Of a DNA stretch of 64,000 nucleotides, positions 1 to 15,120 are shown piece after piece; within the stretch, counting starts at the first letter, position 1, and each line of letters opens with the position of its first letter. The DNA comes from Balanoglossus misakiensis (taxonomy: Eukaryota > Animalia > Hemichordata): assembly GCA_040954595.2 (NCBI GenBank), contig JBECUI020000043.1, positions 1-64,000 of the forward strand, in the 5' to 3' direction. The position numbers and the translations under genes are program-made. The notes under the pieces were generated by a model. The model was not told the DNA's origin. It was given only the letters and a program-made list of their open reading frames with translations, and did not search any database.

Positions 1-3000
1 TTCAAAATTCGCAAAGTCGAAAAATCCTCGATTTTTGACGATTTTCCTGAGCTATAACCCATGGTTTTTTTCAAAAAATGACCAAATTTTCAAAATTCGC
101 AAAGTCGAAAAATCCTCGATTTTTGACGATTTTCCTGAGCTATAACCCATGGTTTTTTCAAAAATGACCAAATTTTTCAAAATTCGCAAAGTCGAAAAAT
201 CCTCGATTTTTGACGATTTTCCTGAGCTATAACCCATGGTTTTTTTCAAAAAATGACACATCCTCGTGAATTTTCAAAATTCGCAAAGTCGAAAAATCCT
301 CGATTTTTGACGATTTTCCTGAGCTATAACCCATGGTTTTTTCAAAAAATGACCAAATTTTCAAAATTCGCAAAGTCGAACAATCCTCGATTTTTTGACG
401 ATTTTCCTGAGCTATAACCCATGGTTTTTTCAAAAAATGACCAAATTTTCAAAATTCGCAAAGTCGAAAAATCCTCGATTTTTGACGATTTTCCTGAGCT
501 ATAACCCATGGTTTTTTCAAAAAATGACCAAATTTTCAAAATTCGCAAAGTCGAAAAATCCTCGATTTTTGACGATTTTCCTGAGCTATAACCCATGGTT
601 TTTTCAAAAAATGACCAAATTTTCAAAATTCGCAAAGTCGAAAAATCCTCGATTTTTGATGATTTTCCTGAGCTATAACCCATGGTTTTTTCAAAAAATG
701 ACCAAATTTTCAAAATTCGCAAAGTCGAAAAATCCTCGATTTTTGACGATTTTCCTGAGCTATAACCCATGGTTTTTTCAAAAAATGACCAAATTTTCAA
801 AATTCGCAAAGTCGAAAAATCCTCGATTTTTGACGATTTTCCTGAGCTATAACCCATGGTTTTTTCAAAAAATGACCAAATTTTCAAAATTCGCAAAGTC
901 GAAAAATCCTCGATTTTTGACGATTTTCCTGAGCTATAACCCATGGTTTTTTCAAAAAATGACCAAATTTTCAAAATTCGCAAAGTCGAAAAATCCTCGA
1001 TTTTTGACGATTTTCCTGAGCTATAACCCATGGTTTTTTCAAAAAATGACCAAATTTTCAAAATTCGCAAAGTCGAAAAATCCTCGATTTTTGACGATTT
1101 TCCTGAGCTATAACCCATGGTTTTTTCAAAAAATGACCAAATTTTCAAAATTCGCAAAGTCGAAAAATCCTCGATTTTTGACGATTTTCCTGAGCTATAA
1201 CCCATGGTTTTTTCAAAAAATGACCAAATTTTCAAAATTCGCAAAGTCGAAAAATCCTCGATTTTTGACGATTTTCCTGAGCTATAACCCATGGTTTTTT
1301 CAAAAAATGACCAAATTTTCAAAATTCGCAAAGTCGAAAAATCCTCGATTTTTGACGATTTTCCTGAGCTATAACCCATGGTTTTTTTCAAAAAATGACC
1401 AAATTTTCAAAATTCGCAAAGTAGAAAAATCCTCGATTTTTGACGATTTTCCTGAGCTATAACCCATGGTTTTTTCAAAAAATGACCAAATTTTCAAAAT
1501 TCGCAAAGTCGAAAAATCCTCGATTTTTGACGATTTTCCTGAGCTATAACCCATGGTTTTTACAAAAAATGACCAAATTTTCAAAATTCGCAAAGTCGAA
1601 AAATCCTCGATTTTTGACGATTTTCCTGAGCTATAACCCATGGTTTTTTCAAAAAATGACCAAATTTTCAAAATTCGCAAAGTCGAAAAATCCTCGATTT
1701 TTGACGATTTTCCTGAGCTATAACCCATGGTTTTTTCAAAAAATGACCAAATTTTCAAAATTCGCAAAGTCGAAAAATCCTCGATTTTTGACGATTTTCC
1801 TGAGCTATAACCCATGGTTTTTTCAAAAAATGACCAAATTTTCAAAATTCGCAAAGTCGAAAAATCCTCGATTTTTGACGATTTTCCTGAGCTATAACCC
1901 ATGGTTTTTTTCAAAAAATGACCAAATTTTCAAAATTCGCAAAGTCGAAAAATCCTCGATTTTTGACGATTTTCCTGAGCTATAACCCATGGTTTTTTCA
2001 AAAAATGACCAAATTTTCAAAATTCGCAAAGTCGAAAAATCCTCGATTTTTGACGATTTTCCTGAGCTATAACCCATGTTTTTTTCAAAAAATGACCAAA
2101 TTTTCAAAATTCGCAAAGTCGAAAAATCCTCGATTTTTGACGATTTTCCTGAGCTATAACCCATGGTTTTTTCAAAAAATGACCAAATTTTCAAAATTCG
2201 CAAAGTCGAAAAATCCTCGATTTTTGACGATTTTCCAGAGCTATAACCCATGGTTTTTTCAAAAAATGACCAAATTTTCAAAATTCGCAAAGTCGAAAAA
2301 TCCTCGATTTTTGACGATTTTCCTGAGCTATAACCCATGGTTTTTTCAAAAAATGACCAAATTTTCAAAATTCGCAAAGTCGAAAAATCCTCGATTTTTG
2401 ACGATTTTCCTGAGCTATAACCCATGGTTTTTTCAAAAAATGACCAAATTTTCAAAATTCGCAAACTCGAAAAATCCTCGATTTTTGACGATTTTCCTGA
2501 GCTATAACCCATGGTTTTTTCAAAAAATGACCAAATTTTCAAAATTCGCAAAGTCGAAAAATCCTCGATTTTTGACGATTTTCCTGAGCTATAACCCATG
2601 GTTTTTTCAAAAAATGACCAAATTTTCAAAATTCGCAAACTCGAAAAATCCTCGATTTTTGACGATTTTCCTGAGCTATAACCCATGGTTTTTTCAAAAA
2701 ATGACCAAATTTTCAAAATTCGCAAAGTCGAAAAATCCTCGATTTTTGACGATTTTCCTGAGCTATAACCCATGGTTTTTTCAAAAAATGACCAAATTTT
2801 CAAAATTCGCAAAGTCGAAAAATCCTCGATTTTTGACGATTTTCCTGAGCTATAACCCATGGTTTTTTCAAAAAATGACCAAATTTTCAAAATTCGCAAA
2901 CTCGAAAAATCCTCGATTTTTGACGATTTTCCTGAGCTATAACCCATGGTTTTTTCAAAAAATGACCAAATTTTCAAAATTCGCAAAGTCGAAAAATCCT

Positions 3001-6000
3001 CGATTTTTGACGATTTTCCTGAGCTATAACCCATGGTTTTTTCAAAAAATGACCAAATTTTCAAAATTCGCAAACTCGAAAAATCCTCGATTTTTGACGA
3101 TTTTCCTGAGCTATAACCCATGGTTTTTTCAAAAAATGACCAAATTTTCAAAATTCGCAAAGTCGAAAAATCCTCGATTTTTGACGATTTTCCTGAGCTA
3201 TAACCCATGGTTTTTTCAAAAAATGACCAAATTTTCAAAATTCGCAAAGTCGAAAAATCCTCGATTTTTGACGATTTTCCTGAGCTATAACCCATGGTTT
3301 TTTCAAAAAATTACCAAATTTTCAAAATTCGCAAAGTCGAAAAATCCTCGATTTTTGACGATTTTCCTGAGCTATAACCCATGGTTTTTCAAAAAATGAC
3401 CAAATTTTCAAAATTCGCAAAGTCGAAAAATCCTCGATTTTTGACGATTTTCCTGAGCTATAACCCATGGTTTTTTCAAAAAATGACCAGATTTTCAAAA
3501 TTCGCAAAGTGGAAAAATCCTCGATTTTTGACGATTTTCCTGAGCTATAACCCATGTTTTTTTCAAAAAATGACCAAATTTTCAAAATTCGCAAAGTGGA
3601 AAAATCCTCGATTTTTGACGATTTTCCTGAGCTATAACCCATGTTTTTTTCAAAAAATGACCAAATTTTCAAAATTCGCAAAGTCGAAAAATCCTCGATT
3701 TTTGACGATTTTCCTGAGCTATAACCCATGGTTTTTTCAAAAAATGACCAAATTTTCAAAATTCGCAAAGTCGAAAAATCCTCGATTTTTGACGATTTTC
3801 CTGAGCTATAACCCATGGTTTTTTCAAAAAATGACCAAATTTCAAAATTCGCAAAGTCGAAAAATCCTCGATTTTGACGATTTTCCTGAGCTATACCCCA
3901 TGGTTTTTTCAAAAAATGACCAAATTTTCAAAATTCGCAAAGTCGAAAAATCCTCGATTTTTGACGATTTTCCTGAGCTATAACCCATGGTTTTTTCAAA
4001 AAATGACCAAATTTTCAAAATTCGCAAAGTCGAAAAATCCTCGATTTTTGACGATTTTCCTGAGCTATAACCCATGGTTTTTTCAAAAAATGACCAAATT
4101 TTCAAAATTCGCAAAGTCGAAAATCCTCGATTTTTGACGATTTTCCTGAGCTATAACCCATGGTTTTTTCAAAAAATGACCAAATTTTCAAAATTCGCAA
4201 AGTCGAAAAATCCTCGATTTTTGACGATTTTCCTGAGCTATAACCCATGGTTTTTTCAAAAAATGACCAAATTTTCAAAATTCGCAAAGTCGAAAAATCC
4301 TCGATTTTTGACGATTTTCCTGAGCTATAACCCATGGTTTTTTTCAAAAAATGACCAAATTTTCAAAATTCGCAAAGTCGAAAAAATCCTCGATTTTTGA
4401 CGATTTTCCTGAGCTATAACCCATGGTTTTTTCAAAAAATGACCAAATTTTCAAAATTCGCAAAGTCGAAAAATCCTCGATTTTTGACGATTTTCCTGAG
4501 CTATAACCCATGGTTTTTTCAAAAAATGACCAAATTTTCAAAATTCGCAAAGTCGAAAAATCCTCGATTTTTGACGATTTTCCTGAGCTATAACCCATGG
4601 TTTTTTCAAAAAATGACCAAATTTTCAAAATTCGCAAAGTCGAAAAATCCTCGATTTTTGACGATTTTCCTGAGCTATAACCCATGGTTTTTCAAAAAAT
4701 GACCAAATTTTCAAAATTCGCAAAGTCGAAAAATCCTCGATTTTTGACGATTTTCCTGAGCTATAACCCATGGTTTTTTCAAAAAATGACCAAATTTTCA
4801 AAATTCGCAAAGTCGAAAAATCCTCGATTTTTGACGATTTTCCTGAGCTATAACCCATGGTTTTTTCAAAAAATGACCAAATTTTCAAAATTCGCAAAGT
4901 CGAAAAATCCTCGATTTTTGACGATTTTCCTGAGCTATAACCCATGGTTTTTTCAAAAAATGACCAAATTTTCAAAATTCGCAAAGTCGAAAAATCCTCG
5001 ATTTTTGACGATTTTCCTGAGCTATAACCCATGGTTTTTCAAAAAATGACCAAATTTTCAAAATTCGCAAAGTCGAAAAATCCTCGATTTTTGACGATTT
5101 TCCTGAGCTATAACCCATGGTTTTTTCAAAAAATGACCAAATTTTCAAAATTCGCAAAGTCGAAAAATCCTCGATTTTTGACGATTTTCCTGAGCTATAA
5201 CCCATGGTTTTTTCAAAAAATGACCAAATTTTCAAAATTCGCAAAGTCGAAAAATCCTCGATTTTGACGATTTTCCTGAACTAAACCCATGGTTTTTTCA
5301 AAAAATGACCAAATTTTCAAAATTCGCAAAGTCGAAAAATCCTCGATTTTTGACGATTTTCCTGAGCTATAACCCATGGTTTTTTCAAAAAATGACCAAA
5401 TTTTCAAAATTCGCAAAGTCGAAAAATCCTCGATTTTTGACGATTTTCCTGAGCTATAACCCATGGTTTTTTCAAAAAATGACCAAATTTTCAAAATTCG
5501 CAAAGTCGAAAAATCCTCGATTTTTGACGATTTTCCTGAGCTATAACCCATGGTTTTTTCAAAAAATGACCAAATTTTCAAAATTCGCAAAGTCGAAAAA
5601 TCCTCGATTTTTGACGATTTTCCTGAGCTATAACCCATGGTTTTTTCAAAAAATGACCAAATTTTCAAAATTCGCAAAGTCGAAAAATCCTCGATTTTTT
5701 GACGATTTTCCTGAGCTATAACCCATGGTTTTTTCAAAAAATGACCAAATTTTCAAAATTCGCAAAGTCGAAAAATCCTCGATTTTTGACGATTTTCCTG
5801 AGCTATAACCCATGGTTTTTTCAAAAAATGACCAAATTTTCAAAATTCGCAAAGTCGAAAAATCCTCGATTTTTGACGATTTTCCTGAGCTATAACCCAT
5901 GGTTTTTTCAAAAAATGACCAAATTTTCAAAATTCGCAAAGTCGAAAAATCCTCGATTTTTGACGATTTTCCTGAGCTATAACCCATGGTTTTTTCAAAA

Positions 6001-6155
6001 AATGACCAAATTTTCAAAATTCGCAAAGTCGAAAAATCCTCGATTTTTGACGATTTTCCTGAGCTATAACCCATGGTTTTTTCAAAAAATGACCAAATTT
6101 TCAAAATTCGCAAAGTCGAAAAATCCTCGATTTTTGACGATTTTCCTGAGCTATA
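1..6155 (+). repeat. 87-bp satellite DNA array, left arm (about 71 copies; continues beyond the window's left edge)
   Basis: Tandem monomer TTTTTTCAAAAAATGACCAAATTTTCAAAATTCGCAAAGTCGAAAAATCCTCGATTTTTGACGATTTTCCTGAGCTATAACCCATGG; CCATGG recurs every ~87 bp with few substitutions. Strand label is arbitrary and only marks orientation. Confidence 0.99.
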
Positions 6156-9100
6156 CTTTGCGAATTTTGAAAATTTGGTCATTTTTTGAAAAAACCATGG
6201 GTTATAGCTCAGGAAATTCGTCAAAAATCGAGGATTTTTCGACTTTGCGAATTTTGAAAATTTGGTCATTTTTTGAAAAAACCATGGTTATAGCTCAGGA
6301 AAATCGTCAAAAATCGAGGATTTTTCGACTTTGCGAATTTTGAAAATTTGGTCATTTTTTGAAAAAACCATGGGTTATAGCTCAGGAAAATCGTCAAAAA
6401 TCGAGGATTTTTCGACTTTGCGAATTTTGAAAATTTGGTCATTTTTTGAAAAAACCATGGGTTATAGCTCAGGAAAATCGTCAAAAATCGAGGATTTTTC
6501 GACTTTGCGAATTTTGAAAATTTGGTCATTTTTTGAAAAAACCATGGGTTATAGCTCAGGAAAATCGTCAAAAATCGAGGATTTTTCGACTTTGCGAATT
6601 TTTGAAAATTTGGTCATTTTTTGAAAAAACCATGGGTTATAGCTCAGGAAAATCGTCAAAAATCGAGGATTTTTCGACTTTGCGAATTTTGAAAATTTGG
6701 TCATTTTTTGAAAAAACCATGGGTTATAGCTCAGGAAAATCGTCAAAAATCGAGGATTTTTCGACTTTGCGAATTTTGAAAATTTGGTCATTTTTTGAAA
6801 AAACCATGGGTTATAGCTCAGGAAAATCGTCAAAAATCGAGGATTTTTCGACTTTGCGAATTTTGAAAATTTGGTCATTTTTTGAAAAAACCATGGGTTA
6901 TAGCTCAGGAAAATCGTCAAAAATCGAGGATTTTTCGACTTTGCGAATTTTGAAAATTTGGTCATTTTTTGAAAAAACCATGGGTTTATAGCTCAGGAAA
7001 ATCGTCAAAAATCGAGGATTTTTCGACTTTGCGAATTTTGAAAATTTGGTCATTTTTTGAAAAAACCATGGGTTATAGCTCAGGAAAATCGTCAAAAATC
7101 GAGGATTTTTCGACTTTGCGAATTTTGAAAATTTGGTCATTTTTTGAAAAACCATGGGTTATAGCTCAGGAAAATCGTCAAAAATCGAGGATTTTTCGAC
7201 TTTGCGAATTTTGAAAATTTGGTCATTTTTTGAAAAAACCATGGGTTATAGCTCAGGAAAATCGTCAAAAATCGAGGATTTTTCGACTTTGCGAATTTTG
7301 AAAATTTGGTCATTTTTTGAAAAAACCATGGGTTATAGCTCAGGAAAATCGTCAAAAATCGAGGATTTTTCGACTTTGCGAATTTTGAAAATTTGGTCAT
7401 TTTTTGAAAAAAACATGGGTTATAGCTCAGGAAAATCGTCAAAAATCGAGGATTTTTCCACTTTTGCGAATTTTGAAAATTTGGTCATTTTTTGTAAAAA
7501 CCATGGGTTATAGCTCAGGAAATCGTCAAAAATCGAGGATTTTTCGAGTTTGCGAATTTTGAAAATTTGGTCATTTTTTGAAAAAACCATGGGTTTATAG
7601 CTCAGGAAAATCGTCAAAAATCGAGGATTTTTTCGACTTTGCGAATTTTGAAAATTTGGTCATTTTTTGAAAAAACCATGGGTTATAGCTCAGGAAAATC
7701 GTCAAAAATCGAGGATTTTTCGACTTTGCGAATTTTGAAAATTTGGTCATTTTTTGAAAAAACCATGGGTTATAGCTCAGGAAAATCGTCAAAAATCGAG
7801 GATTTTTCGACTTTGCGAATTTTGAAAATTTGGTCATTTTTGAAAAAACCATGGGTTATAGCTCAGGAAAATCGTCAAAATCGAGGATTTTTCGACTTTG
7901 CGAATTTTGAAAATTTGGTCATTTTTTGAAAAAACCATGGGTTATAGCTCAGGAAAATCGTCAAAAATCGAGGATTTTTCGACTTTGCGAATTTTGAAAA
8001 TTTGGTCATTTTTTGAAAAAACCATGGGTTTATAGCTCAGGAAAATCGTCAAAAATCGAGGATTTTTCGACTTTGCGAATTTTGAAAATTTGGTCATTTT
8101 TTGAAAAAACCATGGGTTATAGTTCAGGAAAATCGTCAAAAATCGAGGATTTTTCGACTTTGCGAATTTTGAAAATTTGGTCATTTTTTGAAAAAACCAT
8201 GGGTTATAGCTCAGGAAAATCGTCAAAAATCGAGGATTTTTCGACTTTGCGAATTTTGAAAATTTGGTCATTTTTTGAAAAAACCATGGGTTATAGCTCA
8301 GGAAAATCGTCAAAAATCGAGGATTTTTCGACTTTGCGAATTTTGAAAATTTGGTCATTTTTTTGTAAAAACCATGGGTTATAGCTCAGGAAAATCGTCA
8401 AAAATCGAGGATTTTTCGACTTTGCGAATTTTTGAAAATTTGGTCATTTTTTGAAAAAACCATGGGTTATAGCTCAGGAAAATCGTCAAAAATCGAGGAT
8501 TTTTCGACTTTGCGAATTTTGAAAATTTGGTCATTTTTTGAAAAAACCATGGGTTATAGCTCAGGAAAATCGTCAAAAATCGAGGATTTTTCGACTTTGC
8601 GAATTTTGAAATTTGGTCATTTTTGAAAAAACCATGGGTTATAGCTCAGGAAAATCGTCAAAAATCGAGGATTTTTCGACTTTGCGGAATTTTGAAAATT
8701 TGGTCATTTTTTGAAAAAACCATGGGTTATAGCTCAGGAAAATCGTCAAAAATCGAGGATTTTTCGACTTTGCGAATTTTGAAAATTTGGTCATTTTTGA
8801 AAAAACCATGGGTTATAGTTCAGGAAAATCGTCAAAAATCGAGGATTTTTCGACTTTGCGAATTTTGAAAATTTGGTCATTTTTTGAAAAAACCATGGGT
8901 TATAGCTCAGGAAAATCGTCAAAAATCGAGGATTTTTCGACTTTGCGAATTTTGAAAATTTGGTCATTTTTTGAAAAAACCATGGGTTATAGCTCAGGAA
9001 AATCGTCAAAAATCGAGGATTTTTCGACTTTGCGAATTTTGAAAATTTGGTCATTTTTTGTAAAAACCATGGGTTATAGCTCAGGAAAATCGTCAAAAAT

Positions 9101-12100
9101 CGAGGATTTTTCGACTTTGCGAATTTTGAAAATTTGGTCATTTTTTGAAAAAACCATGGGTTATAGCTCAGGAAAATCGTCAAAAATCGAGGATTTTTCG
9201 ACTTTGCGAATTTTGAAAATTTGGTCATTTTTTGAAAAAACCATGGGTTATAGCTCAGGAAAATCGTCAAAAATCGAGGATTTTTCGACTTTGCGAATTT
9301 TGAAAATTTGGTCATTTTTTGAAAAAAACATGGGTTATAGCTCAGGAAAATCGTCAAAAATCGAGGATTTTTCCACTTTGCGAATTTTGAAATTTGGTCA
9401 TTTTTTGTAAAAACCATGGGTTATAGCTCAGGAAAATCGTCAAAAATCGAGGATTTTTCGACTTTGCGAATTTTGAAAATTTGGTCATTTTTTGAAAAAA
9501 CCATGGGTTATAGCTCAGGAAAATCGTCAAAAATCGAGGATTTTTCGACTTTGCGAATTTTGAAAATTTGGTCATTTTTTGAAAAACCATGGGTTATAGC
9601 TCAGGAAAATCGTCAAAAATCGAGGATTTTTCGACTTTGCGAATTTTGAAATTTGGTCATTTTTTGAAAAAACCATGGGTTATAGCTCAGGAAAATCGTC
9701 AAAAATCGAGGATTTTTCGACTTTGTGAATTTTGAAAATTTGGTCATTTTTTGAAAAAACCATGGGTTATAGCTCAGGAAAATCGTCAAAAATCGAGGAT
9801 TTTTCGACTTTGCGAATTTTGAAAATTTGTCATTTTTTGAAAAAACCATGGTTATAGCTCAGGAAAATCGTCAAAAATCGAGGATTTTTCGACTTTGCGA
9901 ATTTTGAAAATTTGGTCATTTTTTGAAAAAACCATGGGTTATAGCTCAGGAAAATCGTCAAAAATCGAGGATTTTTCGACTTTGCGAATTTTGAAAATTT
10001 GGTCATTTTTTGGAAAAATCATGGGTTATAGCTAAGGAAAATCGTCAAAATCGAGGATTTTTCGACTTTGCGAATTTTGAAAATTTGGTCATTTTTTGAA
10101 AAAAAACCATGGGTTATAGCTCAGGAAAATCGTCAAAAATCGAGGATTTTTCGACTTTGCGAATTTTGAAAATTTGGTCATTTTTTGAAAAAACCATGGG
10201 TTATAGCTCAGGAAAATCGTCAAAAATCGAGGATTTTTCGACTTTGCGTATTTTCAAAATTTGGTCATTTTTTGAAAAAAACCATGGGTTATAGCTCAGG
10301 AAAATCGTCAAAAATCGAGGATTTTTCGACTTTGCGAATTTTGAAAATTTGGTCATTTTTTGAAAAAACCATGGGTTTATAGCTCAGGAAAATCGTCAAA
10401 AATCGAGATTTTTCGACTTTGCGAATTTTGAAATTTGGTCATTTTTTGAAAAAACCATGGGTTATAGCTCAGGAAAATCGTCAAAAATCGAGGATTTTTC
10501 GACTTTGCGAATTTTGAAAATTTGGTCATTTTTTGAAAAAACCATGGGTTATAGCTCAGGAAAATCGTCAAAAATCGAGGATTTTTCGACTTTGCGAATT
10601 TTGAAAATTTGGTCATTTTTTGAAAAAAACCATGGGTTATAGCTCAGGAAAATCGTCAAAATCGAGGATTTTTCGACTTTGCGAATTTTGAAAATTTGGT
10701 CATTTTTTGAAAAAACCATGGGTTATAGCTCAGTAAAATCGTCAAAAATCGAGGATTTTTCGACTTTGCGAATTTTGAAATTTGGTCATTTTTTGAAAAA
10801 ACCATGGGTTATAGCTCAGGAAAATCGTCAAAAATCGAGGATTTTTCGACTTTGCGAATTTTGAAAATTTGGTCATTTTTTGAAAAACCATGGGTTATAG
10901 CTCAGGAAAATCGTCAAAAATCGAGGATTTTTCGACTTTGCGAATTTTGAAAATTTGGTCATTTTTTGAAAAAACCATGGGTTATAGCTCAGGAAAATCG
11001 TCAAAAATCGAGGATTTTTCGACTTTGCGAATTTTGAAAATTTGGTCATTTTTTGAAAAAACCATGGGTTATAGCTCAGGAAAATCGTCAAAATCGAGGA
11101 TTTTTCGACTTTGCGAATTTTGAAAATTTGGTCATTTTTTGAAAAAACCATGGGTTATAGCTCAGGAAAATCGTCAAAAATCGAGGATTTTTCGACTTTG
11201 CGAATTTTGAAAATTTGGTCATTTTTTGAAAAAACCATGGGTTATAGCTCAGGAAAATCGTCAAAAATCGAGGATTTTTCGACTTTGCGAATTTTGAAAT
11301 TTGGTCATTTTTTGAAAAAAACATGGGTTATAGCTCAGGAAAATCGTCAAAAATCGAGGATTTTTCGACTTTGCGAATTTTGAAAATTTGGTCATTTTTT
11401 GAAAAAACCATGGGTTATAGCTCAGGAAAATCGTCAAAAATCGAGGATTTTTCGACTTTGCGAATTTTGAAAATTTGGTCATTTTTTGAAAAAACCATGG
11501 GTTATAGCTCAGGAAAATCGTCAAAAATCGAGGATTTTTCGACTTTGCGAATTTTGAAATTTGGTCATTTTTTGAAAAAACCATGGGTTATAGCTCAGGA
11601 AAATCGTCAAAAATCGAGGATTTTTCGACTTTGCGAATTTTGAAAATTTGGTCATTTTTTGAAAAAACCATGGGTTATAGCTCAGGAAAATCGTCAAAAT
11701 CGAGGATTTTTCGACTTTGCGAATTTTGAAAATTTGGTCATTTTTTGAAAAAACCATGGGTTATAGCTCAGGAAAATCGTCAAAAATCGAGGATTTTTCG
11801 ACTTTGCGAATTTTGAAAATTTGGTCATTTTTGAAAAAACCATGGGTTATAGCTCAGGAAAATCGTCAAAAATCGAGGATTTTTCGACTTTGCGAATTTT
11901 GAAAATTTGGTCATTTTTTGAAAAAACCATGGGTTATAGCTCAGGAAAATCGTCAAAAATCGAGGATTTTTCGACTTTGCGAATTTTGAAAATTTGGTCA
12001 TTTTTGAAAAAACCATGGGTTATAGCTCAGGAAAATCGTCAAAAATCGAGGATTTTTCGACTTTGCGAATTTTGAAAATTTGGTCATTATTTGAAAAAAC

Positions 12101-15100
12101 CATGGGTTATAGCTCAGGAAAATCGTCAAAAATCGAGGATTTTTCGACTTTGCGAATTTTGAAAATATGGGTTATAGCTCAGGAAAATCGTCAAAAATCG
12201 AGGATTTTTCGACTTTGCAAATTTTGAAAATTTGGTCATTTTTGAAAAAACATGGTTATAGCTCAGGAAAAATCGTCAAAAATCGAGGATTTTTCGACTT
12301 TGCGAATTTTGAAAATTTGGTCATTTTTTGAAAAAAACATGGGTTATAGCTCAGGAAAATCGTCAAAAATCGAGGATTTTTCGACTTTGCGAATTTTGAA
12401 AATTTGGTCATTTTTTGAAAAAACCATGGGTTATAGCTCAGGGAAAATCGTCAAAAATCGAGGATTTTTCGAGTTTGCGAATTTTGAAAAATTTGGTCAT
12501 TTTTGAAAAAACCATGGGTTATAGCTCAGGAAAATCGTCAAAAATCGAGGATTTTTCGACTTTGCGAATTTTGAAAATTGGTCATTTTTTGAAAAAAACA
12601 TGGGTTATAGCTCAGGGAAAATCGTCAAAAATCGAGGATTTTTCGAGTTTGCGAATTTTGAAAATTTGGTCATTTTTTGAAAAAACCATGGGTTATAGCT
12701 CAGGAAAATCGTCAAAAATCGAGGATTTTTCGAGTTTGCGAATTTGAAAATTTGGTCATTTTTTGAAAAAACCATGGGTTATAGCTCAGGAAAATCGTCA
12801 AAAATCGAGGATTTTTCGACTTTGCGAATTTTGAAATTTGGTCATTTTTTGAAAAAACCATGGGTTATAGCTCAGGAAAATCGTCAAAAATCGAGGATTT
12901 TTCGACTTTGCGAATTTTGAAAATTTGGTCATTTTTGAAAAAAACCATGGGTTATAGCTCAGGAAAATCGTCAAAAATCGAGGATTTTTCGACTTTGCGA
13001 ATTTTGAAAATTTGGTCATTTTTTGAAAAAACCATGGGTTATAGCTCAGGAAAATCGTCAAAAATCGAGGATTTTCGACTTTGCGTATTTTCAAAATTTG
13101 GTCATTTTTGAAAAAACCATGGGTTATAGCTCAGGAAAATCGTCAAAAATCGAGGATTTTTCGACTTTGCGAATTTTGAAAATTTGGTCATTTTTTGAAA
13201 AAACCATGGGTTATAGCTCAGGAAAATCGTCAAAAATCGAGGATTTTCGACTTTGCGAATTTTGAAAATCTGGTCATTTTTTGAAAAAAACCATGGGTTA
13301 TAGCTCAGGAAAATCGTCAAAAATCGAGGATTTTTCGACTTTGCGAATTTTGAAAATTTGGTCATTTTTTGAAAAAAACCATGGGTTATAGCTCAGGAAA
13401 ATCGTCAAAAATCGAGGATTTTTCGACTTTGCGTATTTTCAAAATTTGGTCATTTTTTGAAAAAACCATGGGTTATAGCTCAGGAAAATCGTCAAAAATC
13501 GAGGATTTTTCGACTTTGCGAATTTTCAAAATTTGGTCATTTTTTGAAAAAACCATGGGGTTATAGCTCAGGAAAATCGTCAAAAATCGAGGATTTTTCG
13601 ACTTTGCGAATTTTCAAAAATTTGGTCATTTTTGAAAAAAACCATGGGTTATAGCTCAGGAAAATCGTCAAAAATCGAGGATTTTTCGACTTTGCGAATT
13701 TTCAAAATTTGGTCATTTTTTGAAAAAAACCATGGGTTATAGCTCAGGAAAATCGTCAAAAATCGAGGATTTTTCGACTTTGCGAATTTTCAAAATTTGG
13801 TCATTTTTTGAAAAAAACCATGGGTTATAGCTCAGGAAAATCGTCAAAAATCGAGGATTTTTCGACTTTGCGAATTTTCAAAATTTGGTCATTTTTTGAA
13901 AAAACCATGGGTTATAGCTCAGGAAAATCGTCAAAAATCGAGGATTTTTCGACTTTGCGAATTTTGAAAATTTGGTCATTTTTTGAAAAAACATGGGGTT
14001 AAAGCTCAGGAAAATCGTCAAAAATCGAGGATTTTTCGACTTTTGCGAATTTTGAAAATTTGGTCATTTTTATGAAAAACCATGGGTCATAGCTCAGGAA
14101 AATCGTCAAAAATCGAGGATTTTTTCGACTTTGCGAATTTTGAAAATTTGGTCATTTTTTGAAAAAACCATGGGTTATAGCTCAGGAAAATCGTCAAAAT
14201 CGAGGATTTTTCGACTTTGCGAATTTTGAAAATTTGGTCATTTTTTGAAAAAACCATGGGTTATAGCTCAGGAAAATCGTCAAAAATCGAGGATTTTCGA
14301 CTTTGCGAATTTTGAAAATTTGGTCATTTTTTGAAAAAAACCATGGGTTATAGCTCAGGAAAATCGTCAAAAATCGAGGATTTTTCGACTTTGCGAATTT
14401 TCAAAATTTGGTCATTTTTTGAAAAACCATGGGTTATAGCTCAGGAAAATCGTCAAAAAATCGAGGATTTTTCGACTTTGCGTATTTTCAAAATTTGGTC
14501 ATTTTTTGAAAAAACCATGGGTTATAGCTCAGGAAAATCGTCAAAAATCGAGGATTTTTCGACTTTGCGAATTTTCAAAATTGGTCATTTTTTGAAAAAA
14601 CCATGGGTTATAGCTCAGGAAAATCGTCAAAAATCGAGGATTTTCGACGTTGCGAATTTTCAAAATTTGGTCATTTTTTGAAAAAAACCATGGGTTATAG
14701 CTCAGGAAAATCGTCAAAAATCGAGGATTTTTCGACTTTGCGAATTTTCAAAATTTGGTCATTTTTTGAAAAAAACCATGGGTTATAGCTCAGGAAAATC
14801 GTCAAAAATCGAGGATTTTTCGAGTTTGCGAATTTTCAAAATTTGGTCATTTTTTGAAAAAAACCATGGGTTATAGCTCAGGAAAATCGTCAAAAATCGA
14901 GGATTTTTCGACTTTGCGAATTTCAAAATTTGGTCATTTTTTGAAAAAAACATGGGTTATAGCTCAGGAAAATCGTCAAAAATCGAGGATTTTTCGACTT
15001 TGCGAATTTTGAAAATTTGGTCATTTTTTGAAAAAAACCATGGGTCATAGCTCAGGAAAAATCGTCAAAAATCGAGGATTTTTCGACTTTGCGAATTTTG

Positions 15101-15120
15101 AAAATTTGGTCATTTTTATG

